Shown: positions 33,214-44,467 of the stretch, piece by piece
Layout: every line of letters begins with the position of its first letter
How positions within the stretch are numbered: position 1 is the stretch's first letter
DNA from: Polyangiaceae bacterium
GTDB lineage: Bacteria > Myxococcota_A > Polyangia > Polyangiales > Polyangiaceae
Assembly: GCA_035063585.1 (NCBI GenBank)
Contig: JAPSGB010000024.1
Span: 1-64,000, forward strand
Length of the DNA stretch: 64,000 nucleotides
Reading direction: 5' to 3'
Position numbers and translations under genes: made by a program
Notes under the pieces: model-generated
The model's database searches: none
Seen by the model: only the letters and a program-made list of their open reading frames with translations
Told to the model about the DNA's origin: nothing

Positions 33214-33911
33214 GAGGAGCCGCTCCCGGACCCGAGCACGCCGTCGGTCATGAGGAAGCTCCGGTCGGCGATACGCTCGAGACGCTCCTCGTGCGTGACG
33301 ATGACCAGCGTCGTGCCGAGCTCGCGATGAAGCTCGCCGAAGAGATCGATGATCTGCTCGCCGGTCGCGCGGTCGAGGTTGCCGGTCGGCTCGTCGCAGA
33401 GAAGGAGCGCCGGCTCGCGGATGAGCGCGCGCGCGATGGCGACACGCTGCCGCTGCCCCCCCGAGAGCTCGCCGGGGCGGGCGTCGGCGCGCTCGGCGAG
33501 CCCGACGCGCGCGAGCGCGACGCGGGCGCGCGCGTCGATGGTGTCCGGAGCGGACGGGCGCGCGGCGAACAGGTTGGGCGCGGTGACGTTCTCGAGCACG
33601 GTGAGCTCGGGCAGGAGGTGAAAGGCCTGAAATACGAACCCAATCCGCTCTCCGCGCAGGCGCGACAGCGCGCGATCGTCGAGCGCGGCGAGGTCGTGGT
33701 CGAAGACGCGGACGCTGCCGGTGTAGCCGCGATCGAGCCCTCCCAACATCGCGAGCAGCGTGCTCTTGCCCGAGCCGCTCGGACCGACCACCAGCACGAC
33801 CTCGCCCGAGCGGACCTCGAACGAGGCGCGGTCCACCGCCCGGCGCGCGTCGGGGCCGGAACCGAACGCGCGGGTCGCGTCTCGCACCTCGATGACGGAC
33901 GGCTCGGTCAC
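33210..33911 (-). CDS. ABC transporter ATP-binding protein (LolD/MacB-like)
   Basis: Motifs [35 protein letters not shown] and VTH. Confidence 0.93.
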   Translation of the reverse strand: MTEPSVIEVRDATRAFGSGPDARRAVDRASFEVRSGEVVLVVGPSGSGKSTLLAMLGGLDRGYTGSVRVFDHDLAALDDRALSRLRGERIGFVFQAFHLLPELTVLENVTAPNLFAARPSAPDTIDARARVALARVGLAERADARPGELSGGQRQRVAIARALIREPALLLCDEPTGNLDRATGEQIIDLFGELHRELGTTLVIVTHEERLERIADRSFLMTDGVLGSGSGSS

Positions 33912-35275
33912 GCTCCGCCGCCCAGATCGCGGCGCGCTGCGTCGGCCAGGTCGCCCACGATGGCCTCGAGCAGGGCGCGGTCCGGACCCTCCACCATCAG
34001 TCGGAGCTTGGGCTCGGTGCCGCTCCACCGCACGAGCACCCGGCCGCTCGAACCGAGCTTGCTCTCGACGTCCTTGATGTGGCGGGTGAGCGCCGGCATC
34101 GCCTCGATCGGGCGCCGGTCGGGGAGCCGCACGCTCGTGAGCACCTGCGGCACCCGCTGCATCACGCGCGCCAGCTCGCTGAGCGGCTTCTCCTCCGCGA
34201 CCATGATCGCCAGCGCCTGGAGCGCCGCCACCATGCCATCGCCGGTGGTCGCGTGCTCGAGGAAGATGAGGTGCCCGGACTGCTCGCCGCCGAAGTTATA
34301 GCCGCCACGGCGCATCGCTTCGACCACGTAGCGATCGCCGACCGCGGCGCGGATCAGCCGGCCACCGAGCTCAGCGAGCGCGTGCTCGAGCCCCATGTTG
34401 CTCATCACGGTGGCGACCACCGTCTTCTTGGCGAGTCGCCGCTCGACGATGAGCTGCCGCGCGCAGAGGGCCATGAGGGCGTCGCCGTCGACCACCTCCC
34501 CGCGCTCGTCGGCGATGATCACGCGATCGGCGTCTCCGTCGAGCGCGATCCCGAGGTGCGCGCGGCGCCTGAGCACCTCCTTCGCCATGTGGTCCGGGTG
34601 CAGCGCCCCGCAGCCCTTGTTGATGTTCACGCCGTTCGGCCGGACGCCGAGCGCAAACACCTCCGCCCCGAGCTCGGCGAGCACGGCCGGGGCGACCCGG
34701 TAGGCCGCCCCGTGCGCGGCGTCGATCACGACGCGGAGCCCGTTCAGCGTGAGCTCACGCGGGAAGGTAGCCTTGGCGTAGACGATGTAGCGTCCGCCGG
34801 CGTCGTCGAGCCGCTCCGCGCGCCCGACGCGCGCGCCCGTCGCGCTCCGAGCCTCGAGGCGCGCGTCGTCGAGCAACGCCTCGATGGCGGCCTCCTCGTC
34901 GTCCGGCAGCTTGAAGCCGTCCGGGCCGAAGATCTTGATGCCGTTGTCCGCGAAGGGGTTATGGCTCGCGCTGATGACCACGCCCGCGTCGGCGCGCATG
35001 GTCTGCGTGAGGTTGGCGACGGCGGGAGTCGGGATCGGCCCGGACAAGAGCACCCGACCGCCCATGGCGCAGATCCCCGACGCGAGCGCGGTCTCGAGCA
35101 TGTAGCCGGAGAGCCGCGTGTCCTTGCCGATCACGATCCGCGGGGCGCGCGCGCCGCCCCGCCGGGCCACCAGCGCCACCGCGCGGCCGAGCCGCACCGC
35201 GAGCTCGGGCGTCATGGGCGGGACGTTCGCCCGCCCGCGGATGCCGTCGGTGCCGAAGAGGAGCCGCTCAGCCAC
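33908..35275 (-). CDS. glmM: Phosphoglucosamine mutase
   Basis: Motifs [31 protein letters not shown] and GGEQSGH. Confidence 0.96.
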   Translation of the reverse strand: MAERLLFGTDGIRGRANVPPMTPELAVRLGRAVALVARRGGARAPRIVIGKDTRLSGYMLETALASGICAMGGRVLLSGPIPTPAVANLTQTMRADAGVVISASHNPFADNGIKIFGPDGFKLPDDEEAAIEALLDDARLEARSATGARVGRAERLDDAGGRYIVYAKATFPRELTLNGLRVVIDAAHGAAYRVAPAVLAELGAEVFALGVRPNGVNINKGCGALHPDHMAKEVLRRRAHLGIALDGDADRVIIADERGEVVDGDALMALCARQLIVERRLAKKTVVATVMSNMGLEHALAELGGRLIRAAVGDRYVVEAMRRGGYNFGGEQSGHLIFLEHATTGDGMVAALQALAIMVAEEKPLSELARVMQRVPQVLTSVRLPDRRPIEAMPALTRHIKDVESKLGSSGRVLVRWSGTEPKLRLMVEGPDRALLEAIVGDLADAARRDLGGGA

Positions 35276-35290
35276 GTCGTTGGTCGCCTT

Positions 35291-35779
35291 TCAGTCTCGG
35301 AAGTTCTCGAACGACAAATCGAGCTCGAGCGACTCCGCCGCGCGGAGCAGCGCGATGACCGCCTGGAGTTCGTCGCGCTGCTTGCCGGTGATCCGCACCG
35401 CGTCGCCTTGGATCGACGCCTGGACCTTGAGCTTCGAGTCCTTCACGAGCTTCACGAGCGCCCGCGCCTTGTCGGTCTCGATCCCTTCCTTGACGAGCAC
35501 GCGCAGGCGCACCGAGCCGCGGGGCCCGGGCTCGGGGTCCTTGATCTCCAGATGCTTCAAGCTGACTTTCCGCCGGATGAGCTTCTGCTCGAGGACGTCG
35601 AGCGCGGCGCGGGCTCGGTCCTCGGCGTTCGCCGAGATGACGATGCCCTCGTCCGTCTTCTCGAGCGACGCGTCGGTCCCCTTGAAGTCGTAGCGCTGCG
35701 CGACCTCGCGCTGGGCTTGGTCGAGCGCGTTCGACACCTCCGCCTGGTTCACCTTGGAGACGACGTCGAAAGATGGCAC
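35291..35779 (-). CDS. yajQ: YajQ family nucleotide/c-di-GMP-binding protein
   Basis: Motifs PSFDVVS, RYDFKG, KVQASIQGDAVRITGK.RD.LQ and FENFRD. Confidence 0.95.
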   Translation of the reverse strand: MPSFDVVSKVNQAEVSNALDQAQREVAQRYDFKGTDASLEKTDEGIVISANAEDRARAALDVLEQKLIRRKVSLKHLEIKDPEPGPRGSVRLRVLVKEGIETDKARALVKLVKDSKLKVQASIQGDAVRITGKQRDELQAVIALLRAAESLELDLSFENFRD

Positions 35780-35793
35780 GGGTGAGCCTCCGT

Positions 35794-37023
35794 CTAGAGC
35801 GCGATGGGGGGGTCGGTCTCGAGCCCGAGCAGGAGCGCTCGCGCCGCGCCGACCAGAAACGACGAGCCGGTCACCACCACCAGGCCGCGCGAGCCGACCA
35901 CGGCGCGCGCCCGCTCGAGGGCGCCGGCGATGCTCGTGGCCACCTCGCCCTCGAATTCGGCCGCCATGAGCTCCGGGGGGACCGCGTTCGCGACGGGCGG
36001 GGCCACGAAGACGCGGTGCGCGGCGGCCTGCTCCAGGCGCCTCAGCATCGGACGCCAGCTCTTGGTGTCGATCGCGCCGAAGACGAGCGCGACGTCTCGT
36101 CGCGACTCGATCTCGCCGATCACGCTCGGATCGATGACGCGCGACAGGGCCACGGCCCCGTCGGGGTTGTGGGCGCAGTCGAGCAGGGTGAGCTCCTCGC
36201 CGCTGCGGTGGAGCAGCTCGTTGCGCCCGGGCCACGACGTGCGTTCGATGCCTTCCGCCATGGCCTCCGGCTCGAGGCCGAGCTCTCGCCCGATGGTCAC
36301 GGCGACCGCGAGGTTCGAGCCGAACATCGTGACCCGAGGGTAGGCGAGCGGCGCGCCCGCGATGGGCTCGGCGCTCCCGAGCGGCACGAGCCGCGCGCCG
36401 ACCTCCTCGCAGCGCGCCTCGACGACCCGTTGCGCGTCCGGGTGCAGCTTGCCGGCGACGACGGCGGAGCCAGGCTTGATGATGCCGGCCTTCTCGACCG
36501 CGATCTCGGCGAGCGTCCCTCCGAGCTCCGCCATGTGGTCGAACGCGACGCGCGTGATCGCCGCGACCCGCGGGGACGGCACGACGTTGGTGGCGTCGAG
36601 CCGTCCGCCGAGGCCGACCTCGAGCACCGCGAGCTCCACCTTCGCCTCGCGAAACGCGAGGAAGGCGGCCAGGGTCGCCACCTCGAAGAAGGTGAGCTCC
36701 GGGCCTCGGTCCATCACCTGGTTCAGGAACTCGACGAGCGGCTCGCTTGCGAGCGGGGCGCCGTCGAGCTGGATCCGCTCGGCGAAGCGCGTGAGGTGAG
36801 GGGAGGTGTAGAGCCCGACTCGGCGACCCGCCGCCCGCGCCATCGACGCGACGCTCGCCGAGACGGTGCCCTTGCCGTTGGTGCCGGCGACGTGCACGAC
36901 CTCGAAGGCCCGCTCCGGGTTGCCGAAGGCGTCGCAGACGGCCTGCACGCGCGCGAGCCCGAGACGACGGCCCCTCGTGCGGAGCGCGTAGAGGCGTTCG
37001 AGGGTCCCCGCGAGGTCCCTCAC
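35794..37023 (-). CDS. folC: Folylpolyglutamate synthase / dihydrofolate synthase
   Basis: Motifs HVAGTNGKG, YTSPHL, EVGLGGRLDATN, EKAGIIK and LDCAHN. Confidence 0.95.
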   Translation of the reverse strand: MRDLAGTLERLYALRTRGRRLGLARVQAVCDAFGNPERAFEVVHVAGTNGKGTVSASVASMARAAGRRVGLYTSPHLTRFAERIQLDGAPLASEPLVEFLNQVMDRGPELTFFEVATLAAFLAFREAKVELAVLEVGLGGRLDATNVVPSPRVAAITRVAFDHMAELGGTLAEIAVEKAGIIKPGSAVVAGKLHPDAQRVVEARCEEVGARLVPLGSAEPIAGAPLAYPRVTMFGSNLAVAVTIGRELGLEPEAMAEGIERTSWPGRNELLHRSGEELTLLDCAHNPDGAVALSRVIDPSVIGEIESRRDVALVFGAIDTKSWRPMLRRLEQAAAHRVFVAPPVANAVPPELMAAEFEGEVATSIAGALERARAVVGSRGLVVVTGSSFLVGAARALLLGLETDPPIAL

Positions 37024-37865
37024 CGGGTCGGCCCCGAGAGATGCGCGAGGAGCCGCCCGAGCATCGCCTTCATCTCGGTGCGCGGGACGATGGCATCGAC
37101 CATGCCGTGCTCGAGCAGGAACTCCGAGCGCTGGAAGCCCTCCGGCAGCGTGGTTCGCAGCGTGCTCTCGATGACGCGTGGCCCGGCGAACCCGATGAGC
37201 GCGTTCGGCTCGGCCAGGTTCACGTCTCCGAGCAGGGCAGAGCTCGCGGCGACGCCGCCGGTGGTCGGGTGCAGGCAGACGCTGATGAACGGCCGCCGCA
37301 CGCTCCGGAAGCGGGAGAGCGCCGCGACCGTCTTGGCCATCTGCATGAGGCTCAAGATGCCCTCCTGCATCCGCGCGCCTCCGGAGGCCTGGAGCAGCAC
37401 GACCGGCAGCGCCTCGCTGGTGGCGCGCTCGAACATGCGGGTGATGCGCTCGCCTACCACCGAGCCCATGCTGCCGCCCATGAACGAGAACACGAAGCAG
37501 CCGAAGGCGACCGGCCGACCATCGATGCGCCCGCGGCCGACCTCGATGGCCTCGCTCCGGCGGGTGACCTTTCGCGCCCGCTCGAGCCGCTCCTTGTAGC
37601 TCTTGCCGTCGAAGAACGAGAGCGGATCATCCGGGCGAATGTGCTCGTCCCACGGCTCGAGCGCCGCGCCGTCGAGCAGCAGCGTCTTCCAGCCGTCGGT
37701 GTCGAGCACGTGGTGGTAGCCGCAATCCGGGCAGATCTGCCAGCACTCGGCGAGCCGCTCCGCCGTGTGCACGGCGCCGCAGCCGGAGCACTTCCGGAAC
37801 ACACCCTTACCGACCGTGCGCTTCTCGCCGGGCTGAACCTGAGCCGGGGTCTTGGCGGGCAACAT
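37020..37865 (-). CDS. accD: Acetyl-CoA carboxylase carboxyltransferase beta subunit
   Basis: Zn finger CSGC...CPDC; motifs FMGGSMG, SGGARMQEG, PTTGGV and GFAGPRVI. Confidence 0.96.
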   Translation of the reverse strand: MLPAKTPAQVQPGEKRTVGKGVFRKCSGCGAVHTAERLAECWQICPDCGYHHVLDTDGWKTLLLDGAALEPWDEHIRPDDPLSFFDGKSYKERLERARKVTRRSEAIEVGRGRIDGRPVAFGCFVFSFMGGSMGSVVGERITRMFERATSEALPVVLLQASGGARMQEGILSLMQMAKTVAALSRFRSVRRPFISVCLHPTTGGVAASSALLGDVNLAEPNALIGFAGPRVIESTLRTTLPEGFQRSEFLLEHGMVDAIVPRTEMKAMLGRLLAHLSGPTR

Positions 37866-38005
37866 CGCGGGTAAACCTTCGAACCGACAGAGCTTTGGGA
37901 GCTCCACCGAGCCTTGCTCGCGCGAGCGTGTAACAGCCGCGACCTGCGCGCAACGGGGAGCGCGAACTTGCCCCACGCGGCGCCGAGCGGTTACCCCGAT
38001 CCTCC

Positions 38006-39019
38006 ATGCCGTCCCGCCCGATCAGCAGCCGCTTCGCCGTCGCGCTCCTGCTCGCGGCGGCGACCGCCTCAGCCGCAGGTCCGCCGCCAGAGCGACCGGC
38101 CAGCCGGCCAATGGCTGGGTTTGTCGGCCCGGCGCGGGACCGGCCCGTGTCGGGGCCGCGCCGGACCGGCACTCCCTCCCGAGCGTCCGCGAAGCCGCCG
38201 CGTCGCGAGCCCCCGCTGCCGCCCGAGAGCGTGGGCGCACCGACCGCGGGGGGCAGGCCCAGGACCACGCGGCCGAAAGACCTGCAGCGGCCTCCCGAGA
38301 GCGTCGGCTCACCGACCGCGGGGCGGCTCGTCGGCGGGGCCGAGCTCCAGGCCGGGCCCCACCTGCGGCTCGCGCGCCCCGGGGAGACGCACTGGGGGCT
38401 TCCGCCGCTCGTCCGCCTGCTCGAGCGCGCCGCGCGGCGCGTCGCGGCCCGCTTCGAGGGCGCGACGCTGCTGGTCGGGGATCTCTCGCGTCCGAAGGGC
38501 GGCAACCTGGGCGGGCACCGCTCGCACACGAGCGGGCGCGACGCCGACGTCGGGTTCTATTTCGTCGACGCCGAGGGTCGCTCGGCCACGCTCGGTCGCT
38601 ATCATCACGTCCGCCCCGACGGCAGCGTGGAGGGCGCGCCCGAGCTCCGCTTCGACGACGCCCGCAACTGGACGCTCGTGGAGGCGTGGGTCACCGACCC
38701 GAGGGCTCGCGTGCAGCACATCTTCGTCTCCGCGCCGCTGCGGGCGCGGCTCCTCTCCCACGCGCGGAGAGTGGGCGCCTATCTGCCGGTGCGGCAGCGC
38801 GCCGCGCTCGCCATGAAGCAGCCGCGTCACGCGCTGCCGCACGACAACCACTTCCATGTTCGAATCGCCTGCCCGAGCGGAGGCGAAGGCCGCTGCGTCG
38901 GTGAGCCCACACCTCGGCGTGCCGCGCGACGAGACGACGTGCGCGGCGCGCCCGCGCCGCGGCGGGGCGGCAGCCGGCGCGCGCCGCCGAGGGCTCACGA
39001 GGTCACGCCGGGGCGCTGA
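38006..39019 (+). CDS. mepA: Penicillin-insensitive murein endopeptidase (MepA, M74) family protein
   Basis: Signal peptide; motifs SVGSPTAGRL, GDLSRPKGG...HRSHTSGRDAD and HDNHFHVRI. Confidence 0.85.
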   Translation: MPSRPISSRFAVALLLAAATASAAGPPPERPASRPMAGFVGPARDRPVSGPRRTGTPSRASAKPPRREPPLPPESVGAPTAGGRPRTTRPKDLQRPPESVGSPTAGRLVGGAELQAGPHLRLARPGETHWGLPPLVRLLERAARRVAARFEGATLLVGDLSRPKGGNLGGHRSHTSGRDADVGFYFVDAEGRSATLGRYHHVRPDGSVEGAPELRFDDARNWTLVEAWVTDPRARVQHIFVSAPLRARLLSHARRVGAYLPVRQRAALAMKQPRHALPHDNHFHVRIACPSGGEGRCVGEPTPRRAARRDDVRGAPAPRRGGSRRAPPRAHEVTPGR

Positions 39020-39087
39020 GCGGCGCGCGCTGGGCCTCGCCACGGCGCTTGTCGCGAGGCGCGAGAGAGGGGAGACTCGCGACCATC

Positions 39088-41727
39088 ATGGCGGAAGCAT
39101 CGGCCCAGACGCTGTTCGGAACCGGTGAGCTGCACGCTCCGCTGATCGGCCGCGACGCCGAGATGGCAACGCTGAAGAAGGCCTCGGACGCCTCGCGGGC
39201 CAACGACGAGACCCGCATCGTCTCCTTCCTCGGCGGCGGTGGGCTCGGCAAGAGCCGAATCATCTCGGAGTACCTGAGCGAGCTCCGCAGCGCCGGCGGG
39301 CGCATGCCGCGGGTCTATCGCGGCAGCGCGCGAGCGCTCCCGCAGAGCTACGGCGTGTTCGCGCGGCTCATGCGCTCGCGCTTCGGGCTGGTCGAGGGGA
39401 TGGATCCGGACGCCGCCAAGGCCCAGGTGCGCGCCCAGGTCGCCAAGGTCCTCGACGATCGCAAGGTCGGCGACGTGTGCTTCTTCCTGGGGCAGCTCAT
39501 GGACCTCTCGTTCCAGGAGAGCCCGCTCACTCGAGCGGTGATCGATGATCCGTCCCAGGCGCGGCTCTTGAGGCGCGCCATCATGAAGAGCTTCATCGAG
39601 AGCGACGCGTCTCGAGGGCCGGTGTGCCTGGTGTTCGAGGATCTGCACCTCGCCGATGACGACTCGCTCGAGCTCCTGCGCTATCTCATGCAGCAGCTGA
39701 GCGGCCCGCTGCTCCTGCTCGTCTCCGCGAGGCCCGAGCTCCTCGCGCGGCAGGAGGACTGGGCGGAGATCGGCCGCGGGCGCCACGACGTGCTGCAGCT
39801 TCGGCCGCTCGGCGAGGCCGCCGCGGAGCAGATCATCCGGGCGCTGCTCGCGCCCTGTCAAGGAGGCCCCCCGGACGCTCTGGTGGAGGCGGCGGTCGCG
39901 ATGGCCGGTGGTAGCCCGGGGCTCCTCGAGCAGATGGTGCGGATCTTCCATGACGCCGGCGTGCTCGAGGAGGAGGGCGCGCTCGCCCGCGAGCCGCTCT
40001 GGAAGGTCGATCTCGACAAGCTCGCGAGCGCGCGCCTCCCGATGACGGTGGATGACGCGGTGACGGCGCGCATCGGCGCGCTCTCCGCGGAGGAGCGCCG
40101 GGTGCTCGAGCACGCCGGGGCCATGGGCAGCGTGTTCTGGCTCGGCGGGCTGGTCGCGCTCGCGCGGATGGATCGCGCCGCCCCCGAGCTCTGGTCGCGT
40201 CGTGACACGCGCGACGTCAACGAGCTCACCGAGTTGCTCGGCGCGCTCGTGGAGCGCGACTACGTGCTCAAGATGCCCGACTCGACCCTCAGCGACGAGA
40301 CGGAGTACGTCTTCAAGCACAACCTCGAGCGCGAGAAGGTGACGACGCTGATGAGCGCCGTGACGACGCGCCGCTATCATCAGACGATCGCCGACTGGCT
40401 CAGCCAGAAGGAAGGGACCAGCTCGCAGGAGGAGTACGCGGCCATGTTCGCGCTGCACCTCGAGCGCGCCGGCGCACTGACCCGCGCGGGCGCGGTCTAC
40501 CTCGACGCCGCGGATCTCGCGCGCGCCGGCTACGCGGCCAAGAAGGCCAACGAGTACTACGCGCGGGGCCTCGAGCTCCTCGGCGACGCCGACGCGCGGC
40601 GCCGCATCGACGCCCTGCACAACCATGGCGACGTGCTCCTCCTGCTCGGCAAGACGGACGAGGGGCTCGCGGCCTTCCGCGAGATGCTCGCGCTCGCCTG
40701 GCGGCTCGGCTTGCACGCCAAGGGCGGCGCCGCCCACAACCGCATCGGCAGACTCTATCGGGACACGGGAGCCCTCGGCGACGCCGAGCGGCACTTGCAG
40801 ACCGCGCTCGAGCTCTTCGAGGCGGTGGGGGACGAGCGCGGGGTAGCCTCCTGCCACGACGACGTGGGCAAGCTCCTCTGGACTCGCGGAGACTACGACC
40901 GCGCGCTCGACGAGCTGAAGACCGCGCTCGAGATGCGCAAGAAGCTCGGCGATCGCCGCTCGATCGCGCTCAGCTTGAACAACATCGGGCTGGTGTGGGG
41001 CGACCACGGCCGCACCGCCAAGGCGGGCGAGGCGTTCGAGGCGAGCCTCGCCATCCGGCGTGAGATCAACGACCCGCTCGGCGTGGTGCAGAGCCTGAAC
41101 AACCTCGGGCAGCTCGCCGAGAACCAAGGAGACGCCACCCGCGCCCTCGCGCTCTTTCGCGAGAGCTATGAGGTGGCCAAGGAGATCGGCGAGCGGAACC
41201 GGATCGCGGTCGTGCTCACCAACATGGGTGAGGCCCACTATCTGCTCGGCGACAGCGGCGAGGCGATCCGAATCCTCAAGGAGGCCGAGGAGCTCTGTGA
41301 CGAGCTCGGCGATCGCCTCCAGCTCGCCGAGGCAAAGCGCGGGCTCGCCAAGGCGTATCTCCTTCAGAAGGACCTCCGTAAGGCCCGCGAGAGCATCAAG
41401 CAGGCGGTCGACCTGTTCGGACAGATTCGCAGCCGCGCGCACCTGGCGGTGGCGCTCAGGACCCTCGGCGAGATCACCGGCGCGGGCGCCTGGGGCAAGG
41501 GTCACGAGGGCAAGGCGGTCGACTACTTCATGCGCAGCATCGCAATCTGTAAGGAAATCGGCAACGAGCTCGAGGTGGCCAAGAGCTACCGCGCCTTCGC
41601 GGAGTACGTCACGGCGTCCGAGCACTACACCGGTAACGCCGACATCCAGCGCGAGGCCAACAAGCTCGGTGAGATGGCCGACGAGATCTTCGAGCGGCAC
41701 CGCAAGGCGCTCACGGCCGGCGGCTGA
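39088..41727 (+). CDS. AAA_16/STAND-like P-loop NTPase with C-terminal TPR array
   Basis: LIGRDAE; Walker A GGGGLGKS; Walker B LVFEDLH; GSPG; YVFKH; about 8 TPR-type repeats (e.g. SLNNIG, SLNNLG). Confidence 0.85.
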   Translation: MAEASAQTLFGTGELHAPLIGRDAEMATLKKASDASRANDETRIVSFLGGGGLGKSRIISEYLSELRSAGGRMPRVYRGSARALPQSYGVFARLMRSRFGLVEGMDPDAAKAQVRAQVAKVLDDRKVGDVCFFLGQLMDLSFQESPLTRAVIDDPSQARLLRRAIMKSFIESDASRGPVCLVFEDLHLADDDSLELLRYLMQQLSGPLLLLVSARPELLARQEDWAEIGRGRHDVLQLRPLGEAAAEQIIRALLAPCQGGPPDALVEAAVAMAGGSPGLLEQMVRIFHDAGVLEEEGALAREPLWKVDLDKLASARLPMTVDDAVTARIGALSAEERRVLEHAGAMGSVFWLGGLVALARMDRAAPELWSRRDTRDVNELTELLGALVERDYVLKMPDSTLSDETEYVFKHNLEREKVTTLMSAVTTRRYHQTIADWLSQKEGTSSQEEYAAMFALHLERAGALTRAGAVYLDAADLARAGYAAKKANEYYARGLELLGDADARRRIDALHNHGDVLLLLGKTDEGLAAFREMLALAWRLGLHAKGGAAHNRIGRLYRDTGALGDAERHLQTALELFEAVGDERGVASCHDDVGKLLWTRGDYDRALDELKTALEMRKKLGDRRSIALSLNNIGLVWGDHGRTAKAGEAFEASLAIRREINDPLGVVQSLNNLGQLAENQGDATRALALFRESYEVAKEIGERNRIAVVLTNMGEAHYLLGDSGEAIRILKEAEELCDELGDRLQLAEAKRGLAKAYLLQKDLRKARESIKQAVDLFGQIRSRAHLAVALRTLGEITGAGAWGKGHEGKAVDYFMRSIAICKEIGNELEVAKSYRAFAEYVTASEHYTGNADIQREANKLGEMADEIFERHRKALTAGG

Positions 41728-41780
41728 AGGCGGCCGATGGCGCCGGGCCCGACCTGGGCTATTAGCGGAGAGCGTCTCTC

Positions 41781-43295
41781 ATGGTGACGGGCTCGGTAGA
41801 CAGACTGAGGCGGACCTTCGTTCGCAGCATCGTGGTGATGGGTGCGGTCGCCATCCTGGCCTTCCTGACGGAGTTCTACCTGGAGTGGGACCACGCCGGC
41901 CGCCCCGGCGTGCGCGAGCTCTCCTGGGCCGGGGACAACCACGCGAAGCTGGTCGATTCCTTGAGCCCGATCGCGCGCGCCTACAACAACATCCTCGCCA
42001 TGCTGATGGCGACCGTCGGCCTGGCGGTGCCGCTCACGGCCACCATGCACACGCCGAAGCTCATCGAGCTCTTCGCCCGGGATCGCATCAACCGGATCGT
42101 CCTCACGTTGATGGCGTTCGGAGCGGCCAACACGCTCTGGGTCATGTACATGGTGGGGCCCGGGTTTGCGCCGATGTGGGCGTATCGGATCGCCGTCTAC
42201 AGCGTGCTCCTCGGCTGGATAGTGGTCGTTCCCTACTTCATGTACGTGGTGAAATTCCTCGACCCTTCCACCATCGTCGAGCGCCTGATGAAGGAGGCCG
42301 TCGCGCTGGTCGACCGCGCCGCCGAGGGCCGGGGGAGGCCGAGCCTGCTGAGAGACGCGGTCGAGGAGCGCGTCTTCCAGATCGGCACCGTGATCATCAA
42401 GTCGCTCGATCGTGCGGACCGGGAGGTCACCCGCGAGGGGATCTGGGCGCTCAGGAACATCCTATTTCGCTACGGGGAGGCCAAGAGCAAGATGGGGGAC
42501 GACTGGTTCGCCATCGACCGCGCCGACTACATCGGCGTCTCGAGCGCGGCGCTCGAGATGCTGGCGGAGAAGCGGACCTTCTTCGAGACTCAGGTGCTCG
42601 GCCAGCTATTTCTCTCCTACCAGGCGGCGCTCGCCAAGGCACCGGACGCCATCAGCGCGATCGGCAAGGCGAACCGGATGGTGGCCAGGAACGCGGCCGC
42701 CAACGGCGACGGGCACGTGGTGTCGCTCTGCTTTCGCTTCATGAACAGCTTCATTCGCGAGGCGCTCAAGCGTAACGACACCCGCGCCGTCTACGACGTC
42801 TTCTATCAGTATCGAGAGCTCGCCGACGACATCTCGGCGAACCAAGACGCCGCCCTCGAGATCGGGCGCTACCTGCTCCACTACGCCGCCATCGCCGAGC
42901 GCAAGGGGGATGATTTCGTCCCTCAGCTCGCCGTGTTCGATCTCGCGCACGTGACCGAGCGCGCTCACCAGGCCGGCAACCCTCGCGCGGGCGAGCTGCT
43001 CGACCTCTTGGCCGAGGTCTCGAACCTCACCCGAGGTGCGCTCGATCCGATGAAGTTGAAGGCGAAGCTGGTGCTCGCGGCCTACTTCGTGAAGCATGGG
43101 CGAGCCGGGGAGACGAGCCGGCTCGCGCGCGCGTTCGAGGGGGTGCCGCGTGTCGAGATCGAGCGCGCCGCGGCAGAGCTCCTGAGCGTCGGAAAGCGCG
43201 CCTACTGGGAGATCACCGATCGTCAGGTAAACATCGAGTGGACGCCCCCGGAAGACCGGGGCTACATCACGAAGTTCGTCGAGAGCCTCCCGTGA
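41781..43295 (+). CDS. Membrane protein, DUF2254-like
   Basis: About four N-terminal TM helices (with motifs TPKLIELF and LDPSTIV), followed by a helical soluble domain. Confidence 0.65.
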   Translation: MVTGSVDRLRRTFVRSIVVMGAVAILAFLTEFYLEWDHAGRPGVRELSWAGDNHAKLVDSLSPIARAYNNILAMLMATVGLAVPLTATMHTPKLIELFARDRINRIVLTLMAFGAANTLWVMYMVGPGFAPMWAYRIAVYSVLLGWIVVVPYFMYVVKFLDPSTIVERLMKEAVALVDRAAEGRGRPSLLRDAVEERVFQIGTVIIKSLDRADREVTREGIWALRNILFRYGEAKSKMGDDWFAIDRADYIGVSSAALEMLAEKRTFFETQVLGQLFLSYQAALAKAPDAISAIGKANRMVARNAAANGDGHVVSLCFRFMNSFIREALKRNDTRAVYDVFYQYRELADDISANQDAALEIGRYLLHYAAIAERKGDDFVPQLAVFDLAHVTERAHQAGNPRAGELLDLLAEVSNLTRGALDPMKLKAKLVLAAYFVKHGRAGETSRLARAFEGVPRVEIERAAAELLSVGKRAYWEITDRQVNIEWTPPEDRGYITKFVESLP

Positions 43296-44467
43296 GCCCC
43301 CCAGCCGTCGCCCCGCTGAAGTCGCGCCTCTCGGCGGTCGCCGAGCAGCTCGACCGGCAGTTTCTCGGAAAGAGCGAGGTCATCCGGCTCCTGCTCATCG
43401 CGATCGTCGCCCGGGAGCACGCCGTGCTCATCGGCCCGCCGGGGACGGCCAAGAGCGCGCTCCTCCGCACGCTCGCCGAGCTCATCGACGCGCGCTACTT
43501 CGAGTATCTGCTCACGCGCTTCACCGAGCCGAACGAGATCTTCGGCCCGGTCGACATCGCCGCCTTCCGAGACGGCACCTACCGACGTCGCACCGCCGGT
43601 ATGCTCCCGGAGGCCGAGGTGGTGTTCCTCGACGAGGTCTTCAAGAGCAACAGCGCGATCCTGAACGCGCTGCTCGGCCTGCTGAACGAGCGGCGGTACG
43701 CCTCGGGCGGGCAGGTGCTCGAGTGCCCGCTCATCAGCGCCTTCGGCGCTTCGAACGAGATCCCGACCGACGAGAACCTGTCGGCGCTGTTCGATCGCTT
43801 CCTCCTCAGGATCCGCTCGGACAACCTCGACGCTTACCACTTCGGCGAGCTCCTCTCGCTCGGCATCGACCACGAGGTGAAGAAGCTCCGCCGGATTCGC
43901 CCTAGCCCGCTCGTGAGCGCGCGGGAGCTCGACGCCATGACCGAGGAGCTCGCCCGACGGCTCGAGTTCACGAGTGACTTCCTCTCGGCTTATAAGGGCG
44001 TAATCTTTCAGATCCGCGCCGAGGGCGTGAGCGTGAGCGATCGACGGGTGGTGAAGATGCTGAAGCTCTTCGCGGCGAGCGCCTATCTCGACGGCCGAAC
44101 CCAGGCCGATCCGAGTGACCTTTTCGTCCTCAAGCACATCTGGAACAGCGAAGATCAGGCGCCGCTCCTCGAGGGGATCGTCGAGCCCATCCTCGAGGCG
44201 TTCCATCGCGACCACCCCGGGCGGCGGCGAGTGGGCGCGGTCGGGGTCGGGGTGCCGGCCCTGGCAGCCGAAATCGATCGGATCCGGCAGATCCTCACCG
44301 GCGCGGCGCCGCCGAGTGATCTGCAGCTCTTCAGCCAGCTAAAGGCGCTCGGGGAGCTCAAGACGGCGCTGGCGACGCTCGCCGACCCGGAGGCCCGCAC
44401 GCTCGAGCAGCGGGTGGCAGAGCTCCTCGATGCGGCCCTCAAGAGCGGCAGGTTCGCGCAGCCATGA
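43292..44467 (+). CDS. MoxR/RavA-type AAA+ ATPase
   Basis: Motifs GPPGTAKS, FEYLLTRFTEPNEIFGP, FLDEVFK.NSAILN, ASNE, LFDRF and SDRR. Confidence 0.9.
   Translation: MSPPAVAPLKSRLSAVAEQLDRQFLGKSEVIRLLLIAIVAREHAVLIGPPGTAKSALLRTLAELIDARYFEYLLTRFTEPNEIFGPVDIAAFRDGTYRRRTAGMLPEAEVVFLDEVFKSNSAILNALLGLLNERRYASGGQVLECPLISAFGASNEIPTDENLSALFDRFLLRIRSDNLDAYHFGELLSLGIDHEVKKLRRIRPSPLVSARELDAMTEELARRLEFTSDFLSAYKGVIFQIRAEGVSVSDRRVVKMLKLFAASAYLDGRTQADPSDLFVLKHIWNSEDQAPLLEGIVEPILEAFHRDHPGRRRVGAVGVGVPALAAEIDRIRQILTGAAPPSDLQLFSQLKALGELKTALATLADPEARTLEQRVAELLDAALKSGRFAQP

Noticed and set aside
38222..38328. Internal duplication in mepA (PPESVGAPTAG / PPESVGSPTAG) as a functional repeat system
   Set aside because: It is a single ~33-bp imperfect duplication in a low-complexity linker, most simply a local duplication.
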